DNA of 64,000 nucleotides from Anaerolineales bacterium (GTDB lineage Bacteria; Chloroflexota; Anaerolineae; Anaerolineales; E44-bin32): assembly GCA_034430425.1 (NCBI GenBank), contig DAOUEK010000031.1, forward strand, positions 62,702 through 126,701, read 5' to 3'. The translations under genes were made by a program, and so were the position numbers. Under the pieces are notes generated by a model. It did no database searches. It had not been told where the DNA came from and saw nothing but the letters and a program-made list of their open reading frames with translations. This document shows positions 55,985 to 64,000 of this stretch, piece after piece. Each line of letters starts with the position of its first letter. Position 1 is the first letter of the stretch.

Positions 55985-58300
55985 TTGACAGAAAACAGTG
56001 GAACAAATACCCAGAGCAGGCAGGAAGTAACGCTCAGCCGTGACCTCAATCTGTTCACCGTTACCATGATCGGTATCGGCGGGATGGTGGGCGCAGGTAT
56101 TTTCGTCCTCACAGGTATCGCTGCCGGTATTGCTGGCCCTGCTTTGATTCTTGTTTTTTTTCTAAATGGTCTCGTTACCTCGTTAACCGCGATGTCCTAT
56201 GCTGAACTTGGTTCTACATTTCCCGGTGCAGGAGGTGGCTATCAATGGATTAAGAAAGCCCTCGGTGGAACCCTGGGCTTTTTGTCCGGGTGGATGAGCT
56301 GGTTTGCCCAGGCTGTAGCCGGAAGCCTGTATGCGCTGGCGTTCGGTCGCTTTGCAGCTGAATTGGTATTCCTCATTAATTTACCGACATTTGGATTAGC
56401 CATAGAGCCTACAAGCCGGCTTTTCATGACGCTGATCATAATTCTCTTTATCGTCACCAATTACCGCGGCGCATCGGAAACGGCCGTGGTCGGTAACTTC
56501 CTCACGGTGACCAAAATCGTCATACTTGCCTTCCTGGTACTTTTTGGTATTGCAGCCATGCTGCGGACAGAAGCCTGGCACACGCGCTTTACTTCGGATT
56601 TTTTTCCGAACGGAATTTTCAGCGTTTTCGTGGCGATGGGTTTGACCTTTATCGCCTTTGAAGGATACGAGATTATTGCACAGTCGGGAGAGGAAGTAAT
56701 CGATCCGAATCGCAACATCCCGCGGGCTGTGTTCTATTCCATCGGCATTGCAGTCGTGATTTATATTCTGGTTGGTTTTGTGGCGATCGGTGCCGTCCAG
56801 CCACCACCTGGGCAGGTGGGGTACGCCTATCTTGGCGAGCAGGGGGAAGTTGCTGTGATCGAAGTCGCTCAGCAGGTGTTCCCGTTTGGTATTGGCGGAT
56901 TGATCCTGCTGCTGAGTGGATTGGCTTCAACGACGTCGGCATTGAATGCCACAACGTATGCTTCGTCGCGGGTATCTTTTGCCATGGGGCGTGATCACAA
57001 TCTACCGGAGTTCTTCGCTAAGATACATCCTGAACGTCACACGCCGTATTTGGCCGTGTTGGCTACAGGCGGCTTGATGGTCCTCATTGCGTGGACGCTT
57101 CCCATCGAGGATGTTGCTTCTGCGGCGAGCATTATGTTCTTGCTCTTGTTCTTGATGGTCAATCTCGCTGTGTTGTTCCTGCGGCTACAGCAGCCTGAAC
57201 TCAAACGCGGGTTTATGGTGCCCTGTTTTCCGGTGTTACCGGTCCTGGCGATCTTCTCTAACGCCGTACTTGCGTTGTATATTTTTCAATTCAGTTCCAT
57301 TGCCTGGTACGCGACCATTGTCTGGGTCGTAATCGGTTTACTTGCTTATTCTTTTTATTTCTCGCGCGTCGAAGAGATGGAAAAGCCCAAAGAAATCCTG
57401 CTCGAAGAAGTATTGGTTAGTCGGGATTATTCCGTTCTGGTGCCGGTGTCGACCAAGGAGGAGGCCAGAGTTCTGGGTGAGATTGGCGCAATCCTCGCGC
57501 AGCAGCGACAGGGAGAGGTGCTTGCATTGAACGTTGCTAAAGTGCCTCCGCAGCTCACACTCGGTGATGGCCGCTTATTCCTCCGTGAGGGTCGCGTACA
57601 CCTTGAGGAAGTGATCGAGAAAGCACGCAGCTATGACGTTCCTGTACATACCATTATTCGCCTGGGACGGAATGTATCCGCGGCTATTCGTCAGACGGCG
57701 ATGGAAAATGCTTCCGATCTTATGGTACTCGGCTGGCCCGGTTACACTCACACAACCGGAAAGGTTTTCGGTTCGGTGATCGATCCCATTGTGGACAATC
57801 CGCCGACGGATGTGGTTGTTGTTCGCTATCGTCAATGGCGTCCTTTAAAGAAAGTGCTCGTGCCGGTTTCTGGAGGGGCCAACAGCCGACGAGCGGTCAA
57901 GCTGGCGGTGGACATGGCGGCGGCTGAAACTCCCAATCCGGCTTCGGTGACAGCGCTGCACGTCGTACCCCATAATGTCAATGAACAAGGTCGTGTGCGA
58001 GGAACACGAGCGTTGAAGGATAGTGTGGATGGGATCGATTTCGATCTGTTAGAACTGCATATCGTTGAAGGTGCCGATCTTGCCAGTGCCATCCTCGAAC
58101 AGGCGGAGGGGTATGACTTGATTGTCCTCGCGGCAAGTGACGAACCGTTGTTTAAAAATCTCCTGGTAGGAAAGATGACAGAACGCGTTGCCCGGCTCGC
58201 AAAAGTGACGGTGATGATGGTAAAGCGACGCAGCACCCCGATACACTCATTCGTGCGTCAGGCGCTTCTGGAGCCCACCGTGCCGAAACCTTTAGAGTAG
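55985..58300 (+). CDS. APC-superfamily amino-acid/polyamine transporter fused to two C-terminal universal stress protein (USP) domains
   Basis: TTG start with AGGAG 6 nt upstream. 12-TM APC core (TVTMIGIGGMVGAGIFVLTG). Then two USP-like modules (VLVPVSTKEE...DLMVLGWPG and VLVPVSGGANS...DLIVLAAS). Confidence 0.85.
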   Translation: MTENSGTNTQSRQEVTLSRDLNLFTVTMIGIGGMVGAGIFVLTGIAAGIAGPALILVFFLNGLVTSLTAMSYAELGSTFPGAGGGYQWIKKALGGTLGFLSGWMSWFAQAVAGSLYALAFGRFAAELVFLINLPTFGLAIEPTSRLFMTLIIILFIVTNYRGASETAVVGNFLTVTKIVILAFLVLFGIAAMLRTEAWHTRFTSDFFPNGIFSVFVAMGLTFIAFEGYEIIAQSGEEVIDPNRNIPRAVFYSIGIAVVIYILVGFVAIGAVQPPPGQVGYAYLGEQGEVAVIEVAQQVFPFGIGGLILLLSGLASTTSALNATTYASSRVSFAMGRDHNLPEFFAKIHPERHTPYLAVLATGGLMVLIAWTLPIEDVASAASIMFLLLFLMVNLAVLFLRLQQPELKRGFMVPCFPVLPVLAIFSNAVLALYIFQFSSIAWYATIVWVVIGLLAYSFYFSRVEEMEKPKEILLEEVLVSRDYSVLVPVSTKEEARVLGEIGAILAQQRQGEVLALNVAKVPPQLTLGDGRLFLREGRVHLEEVIEKARSYDVPVHTIIRLGRNVSAAIRQTAMENASDLMVLGWPGYTHTTGKVFGSVIDPIVDNPPTDVVVVRYRQWRPLKKVLVPVSGGANSRRAVKLAVDMAAAETPNPASVTALHVVPHNVNEQGRVRGTRALKDSVDGIDFDLLELHIVEGADLASAILEQAEGYDLIVLAASDEPLFKNLLVGKMTERVARLAKVTVMMVKRRSTPIHSFVRQALLEPTVPKPLE

Positions 58301-58324
58301 CCTGTCTGGGAATATCGTGAATTT

Positions 58325-58359
58325 AAACAAGCTCCCCATCATGGGGAGCTTGTTTTTTT
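58325..58359. terminator. Bidirectional intrinsic terminator between convergent genes
   Basis: AAACAAGCTCCCC-ATCAT-GGGGAGCTTGTTT (13-bp perfect stem), flanked by an A-run on the 5' side and a T-run on the 3' side. Confidence 0.85.
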
Positions 58360-58365
58360 AAGGGG

Positions 58366-59529
58366 TTACGGGATCGGGACAGAGGCCGGCTTCGCAGGTC
58401 GATAGGCGTCCCCGCCGCAAGTCCAATTCCAATCGGCGATAACGATGTTCTCGACGCTGCCGTTCGATGGGACGGTCACGGTTTTCAGTGCCTTGCCACA
58501 GGAAGGGTTGCTACCTGTATACCCGCCGGTGACATATGGTATGTCACCGACGCCTCTGGCATAGGCGACAACATGGTAATTCCCGGGTGGAACCGTCATT
58601 CTGTAATAGGGATGGGTCGGCGTGGAGTGGATCCACCACCAGGTGCCGTCGTCCAGGTTGAAAAACATGACCACAACAGGTGATTCGTGGTATGTGTAGG
58701 AGTCCTTCAGGTACGGAGGGGCGGAGGCCAAATCAACCATTCCGGATATCGTGCCGGGGATGCCACTCGATGTGCTGGATGTAGTTGCTGTTGCGAGAAC
58801 AACAGGCTCTGGCGGCAGTGCAGCCGGATCCCGCTGGATATACGGTAAGATCCAAATTGGGTTGTAGCGTGTACGATCACCCTTGGTACGCACGACAAGC
58901 GTAAATTCCACCGTTTGTCCGGCGAGTGCGCTGAGATCGACTTCAACTTCGGTATAGGCGCCGCTGGATGCATCGTGGTCGGAAATCGGCGACGGGCCTA
59001 TTTGAGGGGAAAGATCGTGAAAACCACCATAGCTATCGAAGTAGCTTAATCCAAATTCCACATTGCAGTCTGTATCGGAGGGTTGACAGGCAAGAATGGC
59101 GTGGAAGGTGTCACCTTCCCATACTTCAAGTGCTGGATAGTGACCGAAGATGCCGGCTAATCTTTCGTAAGCGGGGATGGTTATCAGCGAAGGCGCTTCG
59201 ACGAGGGTATCGCCAGATATTGTCGTGCCATCCAAGCGATCCACGTAACCGGCACCGGTATCGTCAGGATCACCGGGGCAGATCAAGTATTCACCGTTGT
59301 TCGACCATTGGGCAGTGCACATTGCCGCGACGAAATCGAGAACCACAGTCGATGGATCCGGAGTCGTCACCTCGAGTATCTGCGCTGTTGGGGTACTCGT
59401 TGGTTCCGGTGTATTTGTTTCGGTGGGGGGCGGTGGGATGGTGATTGTCGGCGTGGGTAGGCTGTCGGAGGGAGCGTTGCATGCAGCCAGTGTGAGGATG
59501 ACGGTGAGGATCAGAATAAAACGTTTCAA
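58366..59529 (-). CDS. Secreted lipoprotein of unknown function with Pro/Thr-rich linker
   Basis: Signal peptide plus lipobox LTLAAC. PTPTITIPPPPTETNTPEPTSTPT linker. Cys-containing middle domain. C-terminal GNYHVVAYARG beta-sandwich-like segment. Confidence 0.7.
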   Translation of the reverse strand: MKRFILILTVILTLAACNAPSDSLPTPTITIPPPPTETNTPEPTSTPTAQILEVTTPDPSTVVLDFVAAMCTAQWSNNGEYLICPGDPDDTGAGYVDRLDGTTISGDTLVEAPSLITIPAYERLAGIFGHYPALEVWEGDTFHAILACQPSDTDCNVEFGLSYFDSYGGFHDLSPQIGPSPISDHDASSGAYTEVEVDLSALAGQTVEFTLVVRTKGDRTRYNPIWILPYIQRDPAALPPEPVVLATATTSSTSSGIPGTISGMVDLASAPPYLKDSYTYHESPVVVMFFNLDDGTWWWIHSTPTHPYYRMTVPPGNYHVVAYARGVGDIPYVTGGYTGSNPSCGKALKTVTVPSNGSVENIVIADWNWTCGGDAYRPAKPASVPIP

Positions 59530-59824
59530 AGTAGCCTCCGATGATTAAAGTATATTGTTGGTCGTTGTTGTTCTGACCGCAGGTCGAAGGATACTCTATC
59601 GCGCCTGACTCAAGCTGTCAATCCATCTGCGACAATAAGGATGCGCATAGCCATAATGTATAGAGAAGCAATCTGGTATAAATCTTCGGATTATGAGGAT
59701 TATGTGGGATAATGTCGTCTTGATTGCATCGAGGAAATGTATAGATATATTGAACGAAACGCGTTGAGATGATGCCGGGTTTGTCGGTCGTTGAGTGTTC
59801 GATAGGATATTTTGAGAAGCGAGA

Positions 59825-61447
59825 TTGATGAAATTAACCGCCAAAACACTACATCCCTTCCTGATTGCTGTATATCCCGTACTTGCGCTCGCTGCCAATA
59901 ATGCCCAGGAGATTCCACCAAGCCAGGCCTGGCGCGCGTTGCTATTGACGGAGATCGTAGTATTACTGATCCTCGTCCTGTTTCAGTGGGTTTATCACTC
60001 CTGGCAAAAAAGCGGTATCCTGGCTTCGACACTGATCTTGATTTTTTTTTCTTATGGACATGTTTATGCCATAATCGAAGACTTCACCATCGCTGGTTTC
60101 AATATCGGACGACATCGTTTCCTGTTATTACTATGCGTCAGCTTGGCGATGGGGGTCATTTGGTTTCTTCACAAGATTGAATCCCAACGTATGTGTGAAA
60201 TCGCCAGATCTCTCAATATATTCGGTCTCCTGGTTTTGATCTTTCCGCTCCTATCGCTGGTCGCCTTTGGCTTTCGTTTCCATAATATCGACTCGTCATT
60301 CTCACCGAATACGGAAACCTCCGATCTACATTTCGTAATGGAAGGCGAGCTTCCGGATATTTACTATATAATTCTCGATTCCTATGGCAGGGAGGATATC
60401 CTCCGGGATTTATATGGTATCGATAATTCCGGTTTTATCGAAGCACTCAAGCAGCGTGGTTTTTACGTCGCAGATCAAAGTATTCCCAATCATGTTGCCA
60501 CTGCATTTTCTCTCGCTTCGTCTTTGAACATGAACTACGTTCAGGATCTTGGAATCGAACTTCCACCGGGAACGTACCCTGGATCGCTTGTTGATCCGAT
60601 ACGCAGTAGCATCGTTCGAACTGAGCTGGAATCATTGGGTTATTCCGTGGTTGCACTCACAAGTGGGTGGGCAACCACTACGTTAATCGACGCAGATTAT
60701 TTCCTGTCTCCGGATATGTTGACGTCAGAATCGGGTTATAAATATAAAGAATATTGGCTGAATGATTTTGAAAGAATGCTGCTGGAGACTACAGTATTGC
60801 TTGTGCCTATCGATTATATCGAACGTGAAGTCGTGCAAGATAATCTACGCGAGCTCGCCAATTTCTCTGGATGGGAAGGCCACCGCCGGATTGTCCTGGC
60901 GGCTTTCGAGAATCTTAAAACCGTCCCGAATATTCAAGGACCAAAATTCATTTTTGCACACATCATCTCCCCGCATCGACCCTATCTCTTCGATTCTGAT
61001 GGTAATCGGGTTACCCAGTCAGGCCCGACAACGCTTGATGATTTGGGCTCAACCATCGCGCCCAAAGATGAGGTCAGCTATTATGCTGACCAGATGATGT
61101 ATATTAATACATTGACATTGGAAACCATTGACACCATTTTGGCGAACTCGCCCCGCAAGCCGGTGATCATCCTTCAATCCGACACCGGCCCAGCATTCGA
61201 TTTTGACTGGGAGCAACCTGATCCGATAAACCTGCAGACGAAGATTGCCATGCTGAGTGCCTTTTACTTTCCTGATGGATGTGATGGCAATTTGTATTCG
61301 CAGATATCTCCAGTAAATATCTTTCGAGTCCTCTTTAACTGCTATTTTGGTGGAGATTATGCGTTGTTGGTGGATCGGACGTTTTTTACAGACCATCACA
61401 GCAAGACGGAATACCAATTCATCCCGGTTGAGGATTTACTCCAATAA
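59825..61447 (+). CDS. Polytopic membrane protein with extracytoplasmic alkaline-phosphatase-superfamily (LtaS/sulfatase-like) domain
   Basis: About 5 N-terminal TM helices, then LPDIYYIILDSYGRED...HVATAFSLASSLN...FAHIISPHRPY, which resembles the sulfatase/phosphotransferase metal and nucleophile region. The family call is tentative. Confidence 0.55.
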   Translation: MMKLTAKTLHPFLIAVYPVLALAANNAQEIPPSQAWRALLLTEIVVLLILVLFQWVYHSWQKSGILASTLILIFFSYGHVYAIIEDFTIAGFNIGRHRFLLLLCVSLAMGVIWFLHKIESQRMCEIARSLNIFGLLVLIFPLLSLVAFGFRFHNIDSSFSPNTETSDLHFVMEGELPDIYYIILDSYGREDILRDLYGIDNSGFIEALKQRGFYVADQSIPNHVATAFSLASSLNMNYVQDLGIELPPGTYPGSLVDPIRSSIVRTELESLGYSVVALTSGWATTTLIDADYFLSPDMLTSESGYKYKEYWLNDFERMLLETTVLLVPIDYIEREVVQDNLRELANFSGWEGHRRIVLAAFENLKTVPNIQGPKFIFAHIISPHRPYLFDSDGNRVTQSGPTTLDDLGSTIAPKDEVSYYADQMMYINTLTLETIDTILANSPRKPVIILQSDTGPAFDFDWEQPDPINLQTKIAMLSAFYFPDGCDGNLYSQISPVNIFRVLFNCYFGGDYALLVDRTFFTDHHSKTEYQFIPVEDLLQ

Positions 61448-61482
61448 TAACTAACTTTGTTACCAGGAGGCGCCGATCTAAT

Positions 61483-61974
61483 ATGAATCGATTGCTTTCC
61501 AGCTCTTTGATGATCTTTGTATATATCTTTTCTGCGATTGCGGGTGTGTTTATAGGTCTCACGATTGGGGGCGCAACATTTGGTGTGGCATTGGCTATCG
61601 TGCTGGCTTTCGGATTCGTACTAGTAATTGCCGCCGTGGAAATTGTCTTCAGGCGAAAGATTGCCGGCGACATCGAGCCGGCACAAGATTTCGCGCCAAT
61701 CCAGGATGTAGTGATTGTTGGTGGCAGGCTCCACAATAATTCGGATGAAATATCAAGCGAGGTGAAGGAAGTCTATCGACAATTGCTGAAAGACGCAGAC
61801 GATGACGGACGCCCGGATATACTTCAAGAGATAACAGCAAAGCAAGATGCAGCGGAAACGCTTGAAGCAGATCAAGTGCTTCAGTTACAGGAAGCAAAAC
61901 AAATGCTGGAAAGCGGATTGATCACCCGAGAGGCATATGCAGCAACCGTAAAACAGATTCTGGCAGCTGAATGA
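61483..61974 (+). CDS. Membrane protein with C-terminal SHOCT domain
   Basis: Two N-terminal TM helices. C-terminus AKQMLESGLITREAYAATVKQIL matches the SHOCT pattern. Confidence 0.65.
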   Translation: MNRLLSSSLMIFVYIFSAIAGVFIGLTIGGATFGVALAIVLAFGFVLVIAAVEIVFRRKIAGDIEPAQDFAPIQDVVIVGGRLHNNSDEISSEVKEVYRQLLKDADDDGRPDILQEITAKQDAAETLEADQVLQLQEAKQMLESGLITREAYAATVKQILAAE

Positions 61975-61985
61975 GTGTGAATGAA

Positions 61986-62900
61986 TTACTCGACGAATTG
62001 ATGGTTGAAGATATTCGCCAGTTTTCGGAACATGTGACGGAAGGTGACGACAATACCGATCCAGGCGATCTTAATATGTGTCAGGATGCTTCTTCTCTCG
62101 TTATAGGTCTCGCGTAGCACGAATTTATCTCGCTCGATCGCATCCAGAACCCCCTCGAAACGGGCGCAATACCAATACCCAACGATTTTACATCGTAAAA
62201 CGTCTAGCAGGTCCAGGTATCTCTTTCCTTCGGAGAAGAACCTCCGGGCCAATTTGACTCGTTCTTGAACCCAGCTTCTATATGCTTGAGCTCCGAAGTC
62301 ATCCGGCCTGATGTTATTGGCTTCCAGGTACTCTTTAGGGATATTAATAAATCCGTCGGCAATATCCTTGAGCATGTCCCTGAGAAGGTGCGTAATATGT
62401 GCAGCGGTGGCTGCCAGAAATCGAGCTTTGTTCTGGGGATAAGGGTGGCCGTTCCCAATAAAATATTGAATACCATCCGTAACAGAGATCCCCAATCTTT
62501 CCGTGTACCATGCCAGTTCATTTTGTTGGATCAGTCGACCCTTTCGGTGAGCATCGAAGTCGATGATCGCCAGCATGTTGCGGATGAATGAACCGAGACC
62601 TTCGTCATCTGGGGATCGATGCTGAATGAGTTCGGCAATAATTATTTCTTCATCCGATAAGTCTTTGAAGGTCTCGTTGTTGAAGAGCCCATCGATGATT
62701 GTTTTTTGCCGCTCCATAAAAGCGAGACGCTCCTGGTTGGAACGAGCATGGATATCGATGACATCATCGACCCAACGGAAATAGGCATATGCGCTGAGGA
62801 AGTCATCCACCAGTTCCTTGTCAACCATCAGTCGCGCAGTGAAGTAGGTTTGCTTACTTCCATCTCGGGTGATCGTACGAGCCAGTTCGGTGGTTTTCAT
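61986..62900 (-). CDS. Squalene/phytoene synthase family protein (trans-isoprenyl diphosphate synthase, head-to-head)
   Basis: First Asp-rich motif YFRWVDDVID (DDxxD). Second motif LLRDMLKDIADG (DxxxD). 304 aa. Confidence 0.75.
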   Translation of the reverse strand: MKTTELARTITRDGSKQTYFTARLMVDKELVDDFLSAYAYFRWVDDVIDIHARSNQERLAFMERQKTIIDGLFNNETFKDLSDEEIIIAELIQHRSPDDEGLGSFIRNMLAIIDFDAHRKGRLIQQNELAWYTERLGISVTDGIQYFIGNGHPYPQNKARFLAATAAHITHLLRDMLKDIADGFINIPKEYLEANNIRPDDFGAQAYRSWVQERVKLARRFFSEGKRYLDLLDVLRCKIVGYWYCARFEGVLDAIERDKFVLRETYNERRSILTHIKIAWIGIVVTFRHMFRKLANIFNHQFVE

Positions 62901-63139
62901 GATCCAGTTTCATCTCGTAGAACGTAATTATATCAATTTCGGCGATCACCAATAGCACCTTCATTTTTATTTATGAAAGTGAATGCTAACTTGAAATTCG
63001 TCCACACGAGAAGATCATTTATAATGAGTTGATTTCATTTTGAGTATACCAGTCGATCCGGCTAATAAAAACTACATCAGCATCGAACTTATCGAAACGT
63101 GTTTCGACTTTACTTGTGACCAACAAGGAGTACCAACCA

Positions 63140-64000
63140 ATGCTTACGCCTCGCCAATTAAAAACGCTATATGAGCAAGGTCAGAATATCAGTGAAATTT
63201 TGCGCGAGGAAATGGACGTAGAGTACAACACAAAAGAAATCATCGAAATCTCCTATGATTTACAGGCGGGAAGCTACACCAAAGCGCTGAGTGAAATGGA
63301 TGTCGCAGAACGCAAGGAGAGGTATTGCGCTGAGATTGTTAAAACCATCCGGTCGTTGTGCCAACCGCAGTCGATATTGGAAGCAGGGGTTGGGGAAGCA
63401 ACGACGTATTCCGGTGTCCTGCTGGGTCTGGAGCAACACATTCCCAGCTATGCTTTTGACCTGAGCTGGTCTCGCGTGGCATATGCGAGGCGATGGCTTG
63501 AAAACGCGGGTGTAACGAACGCGACTCTATCTACAGGAAGTTTGCTTCAACTTCCGTATGCGGATAATTCGATCGATGTTGTCTATACCTCGCATTCGAT
63601 AGAACCCAATGGTGGCTATGAAGAAATCATCTTGCGGGAACTCTATCGAGTTGCGATCCGCTACGTTATTCTTCTGGAACCTGGGTACGAACTTGCCAGC
63701 GACGAAGCCAGAAAGCGGATGGATTTACATGGATACTGCAAGAATCTGAAGGGGATATCTGAATCTGCTGGGTACGATGTGATAGAACATGCATTGTTTG
63801 CGGTAACATCAAATCCACTAAACCCCACAGCATTGACGGTTATTCGGAAAAGCGATCGCACTTCTTCGCCAGATCATGTCCTGGCATGTCCGAAGTATAA
63901 AACGTCATTGGAAGAGATCGGTGGTATGATGTTCAGCGCCGAAGCTTTGGTTGTTTATCCCATCATCGCCGGGATTCCATGCCTGCGGATCGAAAACGGA
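63140..64000 (+). CDS. Class I SAM-dependent methyltransferase with C-terminal Trm112-like segment (3' end beyond the window)
   Basis: Not in the ORF track because it has no stop in the window. AAGGAG lies 9 nt upstream of the ATG at 63140. ILEAGVGEATT (motif I), LPYADNSIDVVYTSHSIE (Methyltransf_11-like). Tail LACPKYKTSLEE...IAGIPCL. The frame is open for 287 codons to nt 64000. Confidence 0.75.
   Translation, partial: MLTPRQLKTLYEQGQNISEILREEMDVEYNTKEIIEISYDLQAGSYTKALSEMDVAERKERYCAEIVKTIRSLCQPQSILEAGVGEATTYSGVLLGLEQHIPSYAFDLSWSRVAYARRWLENAGVTNATLSTGSLLQLPYADNSIDVVYTSHSIEPNGGYEEIILRELYRVAIRYVILLEPGYELASDEARKRMDLHGYCKNLKGISESAGYDVIEHALFAVTSNPLNPTALTVIRKSDRTSSPDHVLACPKYKTSLEEIGGMMFSAEALVVYPIIAGIPCLRIENG

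Noticed and set aside
56150-56160. Homopolymeric T tracts (8 T at ~56150 in the APC gene, 9 T at 60042-60050 in the LtaS-like gene, 8 A at ~9746 in fhaA copy 1), considered as phase-variation switches
   Set aside because: The T tracts encode Phe-Phe in TM helices and the A tract encodes Lys-Lys-Lys. They are short, and there is no evidence of variability from a single sequence.

Overview
Dense bacterial chromosomal window of about 58 protein genes and one tRNA. I saw no rRNA, CRISPR array, transposase or integrase. The gene order is of the monoderm/Terrabacteria type: ileS-lspA-rluD; rpmB divergent from asp23-DAK2-degV-degV-recG-coaD; rpsP-KH-rimM; tig-clpP-clpX; sufR divergent from sufCBD-sufS-sufU; and fhaA/fhaB next to a SEDS-PBP gene. 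DUF3662-FHA proteins and many domain fusions point to a Chloroflexota-like lineage, but that is inference only. Positions 1-52 kb are housekeeping. Positions 52-64 kb look accessory and, by eye, more AT-rich: a TPR-metalloprotease lipoprotein, an APC-USP transporter, an orphan lipoprotein, an LtaS/sulfatase-like membrane protein, a SHOCT protein, a phytoene/squalene-synthase-like gene and a methyltransferase. No obvious novel multi-gene system was found, but four leads stand out. (1) A natural RodA/FtsW-type SEDS polymerase is fused to a class-B PBP whose SxxK, SxN and KTG positions all read as non-catalytic residues. It lies downstream of a duplicated FhaA plus FhaB cluster, with no Ser/Thr kinase in the window. 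(2) The EF-P has Arg at the modified loop tip (KPGRGKA). Its gene sits in a tight apparent operon with an 8-Cys small protein and a HAD::DinB fusion, and no known EF-P modification gene is adjacent. (3) An uncharacterised 102-aa basic-tailed protein is embedded in the suf operon. (4) tyrS and pyrG are each preceded by an intrinsic terminator with no room for a promoter, which suggests attenuation. All family assignments come from motifs read by eye. No database search was run.
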